A stretch of DNA of 64,000 nucleotides, taken from NCBI GenBank assembly GCA_043771335.1, contig JAYVHM010000007.1, forward strand, positions 3,625 to 67,624. Direction: 5' to 3'. Source of the stretch: a bacterium (lineage in GTDB: Bacteria; Patescibacteriota; Minisyncoccia; Phycocordibacterales; UBA5272). Below, piece by piece: positions 10,685 to 20,437 of this stretch. The notes under the pieces were generated by a model that saw only the letters and a program-made list of their open reading frames with translations, was not told the origin of the DNA and made no database searches. Made by a program: the position numbers and the translations under genes. Each line of letters starts with the position of its first letter. Position 1 is the first letter of the stretch.

Positions 10685-11353
10685 ATGAAAATAATTAGTT
10701 TTAACATCGGAAGTTTTGTCTGGGTTAAATACTTTTTTAAAAGTAAGCAAAATTATTTTCAGATAGAGAATTTAACCCCAGTCTCTAATCTTATTAGTAA
10801 GGAGGATCCAGATCTTATTCTGCTTTTTGAAATATGGGAACAGGAACATTTGGAAAAAATAAAAAATAAATTCTCAACATATAAGTATTCTTACATCTTG
10901 AACACTTGGTACAAAAGTAGTTCGGCTATTATTTTGAGCAAAAATCACATAGATAAAAAGAGTAAAAATATTTTCTATTCTAATGGTTTTTATTTTGTAC
11001 CAACACATCTTTTTTCTTTTTCAGCCACAGAAAGACTCAATCAAGTGCTTAATATAAAAGAAGAGATAAAAGAAATATTACCTATATTAAAAAATTTTAT
11101 AATAATAGGAGATACTAATTTCTGGTCTTTTGGGAGATTCATTTTTTTTAGAAATGACAGATTGGCCATAAGTGACCTATTAGAAAGTTTTTCTTTAGCA
11201 AGTAAAAGTATTTTATATTTTTCAAAAATGTTCTTGAATTTAGATAAAGTTTTCCTTTCTAATGATATTGAAAAATTTAATACAAAAATAATAAAACATA
11301 ATATAAGTTATATGGATCATTATGCTTTAATGTGTGATATCAACAAGAGATAA
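10685..11353 (+). CDS. Endonuclease/exonuclease/phosphatase family protein
   Basis: MKIISFNI, PDLILL.E, IIGDTN, LDKVF, DH motifs. Confidence 0.82.
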   Translation: MKIISFNIGSFVWVKYFFKSKQNYFQIENLTPVSNLISKEDPDLILLFEIWEQEHLEKIKNKFSTYKYSYILNTWYKSSSAIILSKNHIDKKSKNIFYSNGFYFVPTHLFSFSATERLNQVLNIKEEIKEILPILKNFIIIGDTNFWSFGRFIFFRNDRLAISDLLESFSLASKSILYFSKMFLNLDKVFLSNDIEKFNTKIIKHNISYMDHYALMCDINKR

Positions 11354-11413
11354 AACTCCTATTTAAAATAAAAGGTGAAAAGATTATAAAAATATGTTAT
11401 AATCTTATCTATT

Positions 11414-11488
11414 GATGCAGTGGCGAAGTGGTAACGCTGCGGTCTGCAAAACCGCCATGCGCGAGTTCGATTCTCGCCTGCATCTCCA
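11414..11488 (+). tRNA. tRNA-Cys(GCA)
   Basis: Cloverleaf; GATGCAG/CTGCATC acceptor, gcggt-ctGCAaa-accgc, encoded CCA. Confidence 0.95.
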
Positions 11489-11499
11489 AAAAAACTATA

Positions 11500-11594
11500 A
11501 TGCAGGAGTTCGTCAACAATTTTTTGCGCCTGCATATCCAATAACAACCGCCATGCGCGAGTTAGTCTGTTAATTTTGCGCCCTCATCCCCAAA
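11500..11594 (+). repeat. Two degenerate tandem copies of the tRNA-Cys 3' part, with T-loop-region 5 nt replaced by 14- and 13-nt inserts
   Basis: atgcaggagttcg-[tcaacaattttttg]-cgcctgcatatcca and aaccgccatgcgcgagttag-[tctgttaattttg]-cgccctcatcccca versus tRNA ...gcgagttcg-[attct]-cgcctgcatctcca. Confidence 0.85.
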
Positions 11595-11604
11595 GAGACA
11601 GCAT

Positions 11605-11633
11605 TTGACATCTCTTATAAAAAAGTGTATTAT
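11605..11633 (+). promoter_or_regulatory. Sigma70 promoter TTGACA-17-TATTAT
   Basis: Near-consensus match upstream of the SD-led ORF at 11702. Confidence 0.65.
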
Positions 11634-11701
11634 AGAAAAGTATTTAATAAAGGGTAGCAGTATCATTATTATTCATTTAGTTATTTAAAAGGAGAGAAAA
11701 T

Positions 11702-12175
11702 ATGAAAGTTTTAACTTATCTAGAAGATAAGCTGATTATGTGGTTAACTGCAATATGTTGGTGGTTTGACTTGCATTTTGATTTAAAATCAAAAGACTTA
11801 GCAAATCCATTTATGGTTTTAGTTGGATTTTTGTTTTTTTGTATAGACTCTCTAAACTTTTTTGGGAATATTTATGTGTTTACAGGTATTTCATTTTTTT
11901 TCATTATAAATAATCTTTTAATAGGTAAAATAATCTATAAAAGATCATCTCAGTCACCTAATCCAAATAAGCACGACTGGTTCTTTAAAATAGTAATATT
12001 TGTCTCATCATTGGTTTCATTTGTCATGGTTAGATCGTTCATCTCTTTTGTATTCTTATTAATGTTAGTTTCTTGGTTCTATGTATTATGTACTGAGCCG
12101 ATGCCGCCAGCAGAAAAAGAGAAAAGAAAAAATAAAAAAAGTCTAAAAAATCTAGAGCTAAGTAGTCAGCTTTAA
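11702..12175 (+). CDS. Hypothetical membrane protein
   Basis: About 4 TM segments, AAGGAG SD, hairpin plus T-run at about 12187-12211. Confidence 0.7.
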   Translation: MKVLTYLEDKLIMWLTAICWWFDLHFDLKSKDLANPFMVLVGFLFFCIDSLNFFGNIYVFTGISFFFIINNLLIGKIIYKRSSQSPNPNKHDWFFKIVIFVSSLVSFVMVRSFISFVFLLMLVSWFYVLCTEPMPPAEKEKRKNKKSLKNLELSSQL

Positions 12176-12247
12176 TTATTTTTAACAACAGGTCCACATG
12201 GCCTGTTTTTTGTATTTTATCAAAAAATATGTTATTATGTATGCCAT

Positions 12248-12332
12248 GCCCGGGTGGCGGAATGGTAGACGCAAAAGACTTAAAATCTTTCGAGGTTACC
12301 TCGTGCGGGTTCGAGTCCCGCCCCGGGCACCA
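12248..12332 (+). tRNA. tRNA-Leu(TAA)
   Basis: aaaga-ctTAAaa-tcttt, long variable arm, CCA. Confidence 0.95.
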
Positions 12333-12334
12333 GC

Positions 12335-12407
12335 GCCTCTATAGCTCAGTTGGTAGAGCAACTCCCTCTTAAGGAGATGGTCGTAGGTTCGAATCCTACT
12401 GGGGGCA
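12335..12407 (+). tRNA. tRNA-Lys(CTT)
   Basis: ctcc-ctCTTaa-ggag, GGTTCGAATCC; 2 nt after tRNA-Leu. Confidence 0.93.
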
Positions 12408-12434
12408 CAAAAATTTAAAAAGTAAAATAGTAAT

Positions 12435-12776
12435 ATGTTTAGATCATTCTTATTTCCAAAAAAATCTAATTTACCACTACATCCTACTGCTGCAGATAAG
12501 ATGGCTCTAATGGAGAGTATGATTTTTTTAAAGGGATCTAAAAATGTTTCAGATTTTATGGGCTACCTTATGGATCACAGATTTGAAATACCAACAGGAA
12601 AAGGAAATGAAAAAGTCACCTCTAGATTTCTAGTTATGCAGTTAAATGACTTGATAAAGAAAAATAAAATTACATCTGTTACAGATACTGATTTGCTTAT
12701 TTTACCAGAACATGGAGGCTTTAGAGATAAAGTAAAAGATCTTCTTATCTTAGACAGGCAGGCTAGGGTGGTGTAA
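12435..12776 (+). CDS. Hypothetical protein
   Basis: 113-aa ORF within the tRNA cluster. Confidence 0.6.
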   Translation: MFRSFLFPKKSNLPLHPTAADKMALMESMIFLKGSKNVSDFMGYLMDHRFEIPTGKGNEKVTSRFLVMQLNDLIKKNKITSVTDTDLLILPEHGGFRDKVKDLLILDRQARVV

Positions 12777-12823
12777 TTTTTAGTTTTGATATTGAGGGTT
12801 TTTATGTTATAATAAAAAAGTTG

Positions 12824-12873
12824 AATAAGAAGCCCATGTGTGTGCAGATTTCAGTAGGGGTCGACACGCTTGC
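12824..12873 (+). repeat. Degenerate upstream copy of the tRNA-Leu(TAG) 5' part with a D-loop replacement
   Basis: agaagcccatgtgtgtg-[cagatttcagtagg]-ggtcgacacgcttgc versus agaagcccaggtggtg-[aaatt]-ggtagacacgcttgc. Confidence 0.82.
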
Positions 12874-12884
12874 GTAAAATAGAA

Positions 12885-12969
12885 GCCCAGGTGGTGAAAT
12901 TGGTAGACACGCTTGCCTTAGGAGCATGTGGAGCAATCCGTGGAGGTTCAAGTCCTCTCCTGGGCACCA
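12885..12969 (+). tRNA. tRNA-Leu(TAG)
   Basis: tgc-ctTAGga-gca anticodon arm, variable arm, CCA. Confidence 0.94.
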
Positions 12970-13030
12970 TAATATTATGTTATAATATTAGTAGTTCTAA
13001 TTATAAAAGTAATTAGAAAAAATAAAAAAC

Positions 13031-13117
13031 GCGTCGGTGGTAGAGTGGTCTATTACAACAGACTGTAAATCTGTCGCCCTTCGGGCTCCGATGGTTCGAA
13101 TCCATCCCGACGCACCA
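13031..13117 (+). tRNA. tRNA-Tyr(GTA)
   Basis: acaga-ctGTAaa-tctgt, variable arm, CCA. Confidence 0.95.
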
Positions 13118-13155
13118 AAAACAAAAACCTTTCCTTATGGAAAGGTTTTTGTTTT
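13118..13155 (+). terminator. Intrinsic terminator after tRNA-Tyr
   Basis: aaacaaaaacctttcc-ttat-ggaaaggtttttgtttt. Confidence 0.85.
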
Positions 13156-13262
13156 ATGTAAAGTAAAATTAAATATTTTTGACTTTACTTTATATATTTT
13201 TTGTGTTATATTAAAAAAGCGTTAAATATTTTATATTTTCCTATAAAAAAAGGAGAGTTTAC

Positions 13263-13322
13263 ATGGGGTCAGAAATAATTGTTTTATGGGTGATAGTTTT
13301 TATTATAATTTTTGTTCTTTAA
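13263..13322 (+). CDS. Putative 19-aa hydrophobic microprotein MGSEIIVLWVIVFIIIFVL
   Basis: AAAGGAG SD upstream; TAA overlaps the SD of the next ORF. Confidence 0.45.
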   Translation: MGSEIIVLWVIVFIIIFVL

Positions 13323-13332
13323 AGGAGTTGTC

Positions 13333-13707
13333 ATGGATCTTTTTATTCAATTTTTTATTATGTTACTGTGCCTCTTTATGGCAGAGTTAACGTGTAGACA
13401 AATAGTGATTTATCACAGCATAAATCCAGAGTCAGATGATTTTATTGCCAGCATATTACTGGCATTCACTTCTGTGGCTTTGTTTGCGCTTTTTAATTAC
13501 TTACTTTTTTCACATTTTTTAAATGTCTATGTATTTGATTTTAGTAAATACTTAAACTTTGGATATTTCACATTACTAGCTTTTCTGACTTTTATAGGAA
13601 GAAGCATAATTTTGCAATGGAAATATCATTTTAGCCATATCTTTAAAATCAACAAGCATTATGATAAGATGGAGAAAATAATGAACTCACCAGCTTTCAA
13701 GGGTTGA
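13333..13707 (+). CDS. Hypothetical 3-TM membrane protein
   Basis: AAAGGAG 5 nt before ATG 13333; TGA stop; hairpin plus T-run at about 13733-13770. Confidence 0.68.
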   Translation: MDLFIQFFIMLLCLFMAELTCRQIVIYHSINPESDDFIASILLAFTSVALFALFNYLLFSHFLNVYVFDFSKYLNFGYFTLLAFLTFIGRSIILQWKYHFSHIFKINKHYDKMEKIMNSPAFKG

Positions 13708-13847
13708 GTCATAAAGAAAAATAAATAACATCAAAACCCTATATCACATGCGTGGTGTAGGGTTTTTTATTTTTATGCAATATGTTATAATGTATTTAAG
13801 AAAAGTAAATAAGTTTTTAATGTAAAATATTAGAAATAAATAAATAT

Positions 13848-15032
13848 ATGGCAGTAATAACAGATGAAGTAAAAATAAATAATTTATTAACTCGTGGAGT
13901 AGAGGAGGTCTATGTAAAAGATGATTTGGAAAAAGACTTAAAGTCTGGTAATGTTTTACGCATAAAGCTAGGCATTGACCCTACAGGAGCTAAGATACAC
14001 TTGGGGCGCGCTGTGGTTATTCGTAAATTACGTGAATTCCAAAAGCTTGGACATCAAATAGTTTTAATCATCGGTGACTTTACAGCACAAGTGGGTGATG
14101 CGAGCGATAAGACTGAAAAGCGTCCAATGCTAAATAGAATGCAAATAGACGAGAACTTAAAAGACTATAAAAGTCAGCTCGGTAAAATAATCGATTTAGA
14201 CAAAACAGAAATAGTTTATAATAATGACTGGCTTAGTAAATTAACTTTCGGTGAGCTTACAAAATTAGCTGAAGTGTTCACAGTGCAGCAGATGTTAGCT
14301 AGACGTAATTTTAAGGACAGATATGAAAAAGAAGTGGAGATATCTTTGCGTGAGTTTTTATACCCGATAATGCAGGGTTATGACAGCGTGGCAGTAAAAG
14401 CTGATGTTGAGCTTGGTGGTTTTGACCAACTGTTCAATTTAAAAGCAGGACGCGACATACAAAATTTTTATGGCATGAAAAAACAAAATATCATGCTCGG
14501 CAAAATGTTAGATGGCACAGATGGTAGAAAAATGTCTACGAGCTGGGGCAACATGATAACTATTGTAGATGAGCCAAATGAAATGTATAACAAAGTCATG
14601 GAAGTAAAAGACGAAGTTATAATACAGTATTTTACACTTTGTACAGACAGAGAATTAGAAGAGGTGACTGATTTTGAAAAGAGATTAAAGGGTGGAGAGA
14701 ATCCAAGAGACATTAAAATGATATTAGCGGGGGATATTGTAACTCTGTATCATAATGAAAAGTTAGCAGCTCAATCAAAACAAAACTTTATAGAAGTATT
14801 TCAAAATGGAGGAGTCCCAGATGATGTGGGTGAAGTGACTGGTGCTGAGGGAGACTTTGCGTCTGATTTAGTTTTAAAGTCAGGGCTAATAACCAGTAAA
14901 GCAGAATGGAAAAGATTAGTAGAGCAAAAGGGTGTCACTGTTGATGATGAGGTGGTTACAGATTATAAAGCATTAGCTATAAATGGAGTATATAAAATAG
15001 GCAAGAAAAAGTTCATACGCGTAAGGGTTTAG
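13848..15032 (+). CDS. tyrS: Tyrosine--tRNA ligase
   Basis: GIDPT..HLG, YPIMQGYD, GGFDQ.FN, KMSTS, C-terminal S4-like domain. Confidence 0.97.
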   Translation: MAVITDEVKINNLLTRGVEEVYVKDDLEKDLKSGNVLRIKLGIDPTGAKIHLGRAVVIRKLREFQKLGHQIVLIIGDFTAQVGDASDKTEKRPMLNRMQIDENLKDYKSQLGKIIDLDKTEIVYNNDWLSKLTFGELTKLAEVFTVQQMLARRNFKDRYEKEVEISLREFLYPIMQGYDSVAVKADVELGGFDQLFNLKAGRDIQNFYGMKKQNIMLGKMLDGTDGRKMSTSWGNMITIVDEPNEMYNKVMEVKDEVIIQYFTLCTDRELEEVTDFEKRLKGGENPRDIKMILAGDIVTLYHNEKLAAQSKQNFIEVFQNGGVPDDVGEVTGAEGDFASDLVLKSGLITSKAEWKRLVEQKGVTVDDEVVTDYKALAINGVYKIGKKKFIRVRV

Positions 15033-15034
15033 TT

Positions 15035-15880
15035 TTATTTCTGACAAAAATCACAAAATACTGTGGCTCGGCCGGAGATAATTATTTTCTCTAGATTATT
15101 TTTACATATGACACACGGTGTATTGTTTTTTCCATACACTTTGTGATTATTTGCGTATTTGCCACTATCACCGTTAACTAATTTGTAATCTGATATTGAT
15201 GACCCGCCCATTCTGATGGCTATACTTAATATTTTTATTATGTTTTTATATAGATCCCCTAACTCTAATTCATTTAAAGTTCTACAATTTCTACTAGGCA
15301 GAACTTTTGAAGCAAAGCATATCTCATCACAATATATATTACCGCAGCCAACTACAACAGATTGTTCCAGCAGGGCCGACTTTATGCTTTTATTTTTCTT
15401 TACTATATTTTCTTTAAAATATTTAAGAGTAAAGTTCTTATCAAAAGGCTCTAGGCCTAATTTTTGGAAGTGGCCGACCCTTTCGGCGTCAGCCACGCTT
15501 TTATAATACAAAACATAACCAAATTTCCTTACATCATTGTAAAGTAAATTAGATCCATTTTTTAATTTGAATATTATGTGAGTATGCTTACTTACTTCTT
15601 TATTTATAATTAACTGTCCAGTCATTTTCAAATGAATTATTATGAGACTGCTATCTTTGAAATTAATCATTATATTTTTTGCACGCCTAGTAATAGAAAT
15701 TATTTTTTTATTAACCACCCCTTCTATAAATATTTTTTCTTTCCCAGTATCTCTTTCTCTTTTTGTGCCATTGCCTGAGATTATTTTATTTTCTTTTATA
15801 TATACAGATGAAAAAGAATTATTTACTAATTCTTTTTCAAGACCAATTCTAACGTTTTCTACTTCTGGTAATTCTGGCAT
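15035..15880 (-). CDS. mutM: Formamidopyrimidine-DNA glycosylase
   Basis: MPELPEVE, HLKMTG, GNIY.DE, C-terminal zinc finger. Confidence 0.97.
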   Translation of the reverse strand: MPELPEVENVRIGLEKELVNNSFSSVYIKENKIISGNGTKRERDTGKEKIFIEGVVNKKIISITRRAKNIMINFKDSSLIIIHLKMTGQLIINKEVSKHTHIIFKLKNGSNLLYNDVRKFGYVLYYKSVADAERVGHFQKLGLEPFDKNFTLKYFKENIVKKNKSIKSALLEQSVVVGCGNIYCDEICFASKVLPSRNCRTLNELELGDLYKNIIKILSIAIRMGGSSISDYKLVNGDSGKYANNHKVYGKNNTPCVICKNNLEKIIISGRATVFCDFCQK

Positions 15881-17214
15881 ATTTTTTCTAATTCTTCTCT
15901 TGCTACTTTTGCATCAGACCATTTTTCTTTTACTCCATTTGCACGCATGATATATGGGTCTGTACCTTTGCCGCTGATTATGACTATTGGTTTTTTTGGT
16001 ATTATATTCGAAGCTTTTATTATATCCGCAGGTAGTGCATTTATGTAGTTTCTGGCACGCATTATGGCATGATGTATAGCTTCACGTCTGTCTTCTATTA
16101 TTTTATATTTCTCATCTAATTCTGTTTTGTTTTTTCTAGTATCAGAATTATTTATTTTTTCAAGCACACCAGCCATAACATCATTCATAATCTCCCTCGG
16201 GTCATCATCATAAGGGTCCTCATCGGTCACTATCACTTCATTACAATACTCATAAGCTGTGGCACCCAGTTCAGGTCTCTTTTTTTTATCACGCCCACCA
16301 CCACACGATCCTGTTACGGCTATGACGTAACTCTCAGAATATGTGTTGTAGAGCTTTGTTAGACTGTCTACAGTGTGAGCATAATCTACTATGACTTCAA
16401 AATCTTGTTTACCTTCCGAGTGTATATGTTGCACTCTGCCTGGTATTTCTTTTAAGTTATAGAGCGCTTTGTCTATTACATCTTCTCTGATGTCAATGGA
16501 CAATGCAAATTTTTTACAAGCTAATGCATTTAATTTGTTAAAATCCCCATCAACACCTAATCTAACATCTTTACTTTCTGCTTCTGTGTATTCTATTTTC
16601 CTGTCAACATTAAAATTTAAAAATTCATTACCGTATTTGTCGCTAGTATTAGCTACTATTGTTGTGATTATTTTCTTGCTTTGTTCTACAGCTTTTGCTA
16701 ATTGTAATTTACAGGCTTTATAAGCATTAAAACTGCCATGACTCTCTATGTGCTCAGGACTTAGATTCGTAAATATTAAAGTATTAGGGTAAGTGAACAT
16801 GTGTCTATAGAATCTAGCACCTTCACTAGTCATTTCGATGATTGCGTATTTACAGTTTTCATCAACTGCTTTTCTCAAAAATTGCTGCACGAAAAATCTT
16901 CCCGGCATTGTCATCTTATACATATTTGGATGACTTTCACCACCAATTTTAAATCTGATGGTAGAGAGTAGGGCAGACTTATTTTTATTGTTAGCATTTT
17001 CTTTCTCAGTCTCCTCTAGTATAGCACTTAAGAATTCGCAAGTAGAACTTTTACCTTTTGTTCCAGTTACGGCTATTACATGTATTTTCTTTCCTGGGAA
17101 TTTGTAAATCATGGCCCCGAGAAGAGCGAGGGTAAAGTGATAGGCAGGCTGGAAGAATCTATAGATATTTTTCGGGACTATTTTTTGTATTGATCTTAGT
17201 ATTTTTTCTAGCAT
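15859..17214 (-). CDS. murE: UDP-MurNAc-tripeptide synthetase
   Basis: VTGTKGKSS, E.TSEG, FTNLSPEH, PGR, VDYAH, GGGRD..KR, DRREAI, GKG. Confidence 0.92.
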   Translation of the reverse strand: MLEKILRSIQKIVPKNIYRFFQPAYHFTLALLGAMIYKFPGKKIHVIAVTGTKGKSSTCEFLSAILEETEKENANNKNKSALLSTIRFKIGGESHPNMYKMTMPGRFFVQQFLRKAVDENCKYAIIEMTSEGARFYRHMFTYPNTLIFTNLSPEHIESHGSFNAYKACKLQLAKAVEQSKKIITTIVANTSDKYGNEFLNFNVDRKIEYTEAESKDVRLGVDGDFNKLNALACKKFALSIDIREDVIDKALYNLKEIPGRVQHIHSEGKQDFEVIVDYAHTVDSLTKLYNTYSESYVIAVTGSCGGGRDKKKRPELGATAYEYCNEVIVTDEDPYDDDPREIMNDVMAGVLEKINNSDTRKNKTELDEKYKIIEDRREAIHHAIMRARNYINALPADIIKASNIIPKKPIVIISGKGTDPYIMRANGVKEKWSDAKVAREELEKICQNYQK

Positions 17215-17265
17215 ATAATTAAGGTTTTGTTTTCCTAATTATACTATAAATGCTATAATAAAGAA

Positions 17266-18549
17266 ATGAAAAATAAGATAAAAGAGAGGGTGAAAGATAT
17301 ACTTAGTCGCTCTTTTGTGCGTGAATTTTCTTGGCATACTTTTGCCAACCTGTCAGTACAGATGTTTTCTTTTTTGTCTATTATTTTTGTTTCTCGTTAT
17401 TTGGGACCGACCAATCTTGGACTTATGAGTTTTGTTCAAAATTATTTGACTGTGTTCATCAGTACAGTATCAGGTATGGATTTTTATTTTACTTGGCATA
17501 TAGTTAAAAGTGAAAATAAAATCCTAGAAACTTTTAGATTTGCAATACAGAAAACTTATGTAACTCTTTTTATTTTTATTTTTGGGTTATCATTTGCTTA
17601 TTTTTCTTTTCCACATGATGTATTTATATTGTCTTTATTTTTATTTATTCCATTTTTGTTTAGTGGCTTATCTTCTTTTTGGCTTTATGCATTATCAGAA
17701 AAGAGGGCAAGGTTATTGGGATTAATACAAATCTCAACAGCCTTTTCTTCTTTCCTTTTAAAATTTTCTTTCGTTCAGATGGCTTTACCACTAAAAGCTT
17801 TTGTATTTATTTCTGGATTAGAGTTAGTAGTTAGCTCAGTATTTATAACTTTATTCTTTTTCTATAAAAATAATTTCTTAAAAGAATTATTAAAAATAAA
17901 AATACCAAGCTTAATAGAAACTTTTAAGTTAATGTTAGAAATTAGATATAATCTTCTTTTAACTATTTTTTGGCAAGCAGTAATGCGAGCTGATCAGTTG
18001 CTACTCGCTAAGATGACTAGCGCATACACAGTTGGTATATATGCTGCTGCAGTAAAAATTACCGAGGCTCCAAATGTTTTCGTTACTGTGCTGGCCCTTG
18101 TCACTTATCCACGTGTGGCAGAGTACATAAAACATATTAAAGAAAAAAATAGCATCTCTTTGTATAAAGAAAAATTAAATAAAATATTTAAAATGTATTT
18201 AATTTCTGGACTAGTTATAACCTTTTGTTTGGTTGCCTTGGCTCCACTCGGTGTAAAGATAATGTATGGAGACAGATTTTCAGATAGTATAAATATACTT
18301 CGCATTTACGCATTTTCAGTACCTGGTCTCTTTGTATCTTATTATTACATGGCGCTATTTGGAGCATATGAAGAAAGAAAAATACCAGCCTTTGCGGCAG
18401 TTTTTGTCTCCATTTTAAATATAATATTGGTCTACACCCTTACTTTAAAATACGGAGTTTATGGAACAGCTTTTGCAAGTGCTTTAGCTTACAGTGTTTC
18501 TGGTTTTGTATTTTATTTATATCACAGAAAGTACAAACTCTATCAGTAG
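17266..18549 (+). CDS. Wzx-type oligosaccharide flippase
   Basis: Multi-TM; RYLGP..G, D.LLL, VGIY.AA, YG..G.A.A motifs. Confidence 0.88.
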   Translation: MKNKIKERVKDILSRSFVREFSWHTFANLSVQMFSFLSIIFVSRYLGPTNLGLMSFVQNYLTVFISTVSGMDFYFTWHIVKSENKILETFRFAIQKTYVTLFIFIFGLSFAYFSFPHDVFILSLFLFIPFLFSGLSSFWLYALSEKRARLLGLIQISTAFSSFLLKFSFVQMALPLKAFVFISGLELVVSSVFITLFFFYKNNFLKELLKIKIPSLIETFKLMLEIRYNLLLTIFWQAVMRADQLLLAKMTSAYTVGIYAAAVKITEAPNVFVTVLALVTYPRVAEYIKHIKEKNSISLYKEKLNKIFKMYLISGLVITFCLVALAPLGVKIMYGDRFSDSINILRIYAFSVPGLFVSYYYMALFGAYEERKIPAFAAVFVSILNIILVYTLTLKYGVYGTAFASALAYSVSGFVFYLYHRKYKLYQ

Positions 18550-18620
18550 CTTAACTATACTTTATTTGAATATAGTAAAAAATACTGGAAATATTAGCTT
18601 GATTTTGTTATAATTCAGTA

Positions 18621-20420
18621 ATGAATAAAGATAAAAAAATAGTATTAGCCATTCATTATGAGCATGATGCAACTGTGGTTTTACTTAGAGATGGAGAAAT
18701 ATTAGAGTCAATGGGAGAAGAGAGATTAAGTAGACAAAAAAAACATGCAGGATTCCCACATTTAGCTTTAGATTATATTAAAACTAAATACAACATCTTT
18801 ACTTTTGATAAAGTTATTATAGTAGGTAACCCTAATTTTTCTTTCGGCACCATAAGCTTAACAAAAGAAGATAATGAGAAGATGAGACAGAATAAATCAA
18901 TACCAAAAAGATATTTGAGGTCGCTCGGCTTTAGATTTCCTACACTCGGAAAAATCTTCTCTATTCGAGATTTTGTGCTAGTCAAGTTGAGAACTCTAAA
19001 TAAGAAAAGTAGTACTGATAGTTATTTAAGAAATATTTTTCCAGAAAGTGAGATAGAGTACATAGACCATCATTTGGCGCATGCATATGCTGCGATACCT
19101 TTTATGAGTAATCACGAAAAGAGAGTGGTTCTTACTTGTGATGGAGCTGGGGATGGATTGTGCGCTACTGTGAATATTTATGAAAATGGAAAAATGGAAA
19201 CGTTATCTAAGACAAGTTTTGATAATTCTCTGGGGTTACTTTACTGTGCAGTTGTGGATTTGTTAGGTATGAGTCGGAATGAGCATGAATTTAAAGTTAT
19301 GGGTTTGGCGCCGTATGCAAAAGTTTCTAGTGGTGAAAAAGTGTATGATAAGTTAAAAGAATTAGTTTTCTATGATGAAGAGAGCATGACCTTAAAATCA
19401 AGATTCCCATTGCAGAGGGCTACAGAGTATTTGATAGCTAATGAGTATTTTAATTACAGGTTCGATTCTCTGGCATACGGAATACAAAAGTTAACAGAAA
19501 ATATTTTAACAGAAATGTCAAGACATGTATTAAATAAGTTTCAAGTTAGTAACTTGGCAATAGGTGGCGGGGTGTTCATGAACGTAAAAGCAAATCAAAA
19601 AATATTAGCACTAGATGAAGTTAAAGACTTCACTGTGTCACCTAGTTCCGGTGATGAATCGCTCGCTATCGGTGCTGCTGTATATGGATATATTAAATAT
19701 TACGGTTATAAAGACATAAAACAAGTTAAAAATATTTACTGGGGTAGTGAATATACAGATATGCAAATAAAAAAAGCAATAGATGATTATAAGTATGAAG
19801 GAAAATACGAAGATGGAACTACGATATCAGCTAGCAGTATAAAAGTAGAATATTTTGACGAAATGAATAAAATTAAAATAGAGAAAAAAGTAGCTGAAAT
19901 ACTCGCAGGCAATAATGTGATAGGTAGATTTTCTGGTAGAGCAGAATGGGGAGCTAGGGCACTGGGCAATAGAAGTATACTTGCCAACCCCTCAAGTATG
20001 AATAATGTAAAACTTATAAATGAGATGATCAAAAATCGTGACTTTTGGATGCCATTTGCAACTTCAATTATGTATGAGGAGGGAGAAAAATATTTACATA
20101 ATGAAAAAATGAAGTTATCTCCATACATGGCAATAACTTTTGAGACAAAACCACTTGCTGAAAAAAATATTATTGCTGCACTGCATCCGTATGATTTAAC
20201 TTCTCGTCCTCAGACAGTGACAAAAGAAGCAAATGAAAAGTACTGGAATATTATAAATGAATTTAAAAATATAACAGACATTGGAGGTATATTAAATACG
20301 AGCTTTAATCTTCATGGAGAACCAAATGTAGAAAATCCATATGATGCTATACGAACTTTTGATTTATCGGGCATGAAGTATTTGGCTATTGGGAATTATT
20401 TACTTTCTAAAGAAAAATAG
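18621..20420 (+). CDS. NodU/CmcH-family carbamoyltransferase
   Basis: EERLSR.K, DHHLAHA, DGAGD, KVMGLAPY, RALGNRSIL, LNTSFNLHGEP. Confidence 0.95.
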   Translation: MNKDKKIVLAIHYEHDATVVLLRDGEILESMGEERLSRQKKHAGFPHLALDYIKTKYNIFTFDKVIIVGNPNFSFGTISLTKEDNEKMRQNKSIPKRYLRSLGFRFPTLGKIFSIRDFVLVKLRTLNKKSSTDSYLRNIFPESEIEYIDHHLAHAYAAIPFMSNHEKRVVLTCDGAGDGLCATVNIYENGKMETLSKTSFDNSLGLLYCAVVDLLGMSRNEHEFKVMGLAPYAKVSSGEKVYDKLKELVFYDEESMTLKSRFPLQRATEYLIANEYFNYRFDSLAYGIQKLTENILTEMSRHVLNKFQVSNLAIGGGVFMNVKANQKILALDEVKDFTVSPSSGDESLAIGAAVYGYIKYYGYKDIKQVKNIYWGSEYTDMQIKKAIDDYKYEGKYEDGTTISASSIKVEYFDEMNKIKIEKKVAEILAGNNVIGRFSGRAEWGARALGNRSILANPSSMNNVKLINEMIKNRDFWMPFATSIMYEEGEKYLHNEKMKLSPYMAITFETKPLAEKNIIAALHPYDLTSRPQTVTKEANEKYWNIINEFKNITDIGGILNTSFNLHGEPNVENPYDAIRTFDLSGMKYLAIGNYLLSKEK

Positions 20421-20437
20421 AAAATTTTGTGTAAAAA

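Noticed and set aside
11359-11547. Short ORFs overlapping tRNAs (also 13037-13225, 38581-38763, 47770-47979) and the 45202 FtsH start
   Set aside because: They translate tRNA sequence; artefacts of the ORF track.
11414-11594. CRISPR or TIGR-type array interpretation of the tRNA-Cys repeats
   Set aside because: The repeated parts are tRNA-derived, only 2 extra units, both arms match the same strand, no box C/D-like motifs and no cas or Nop-domain gene nearby.
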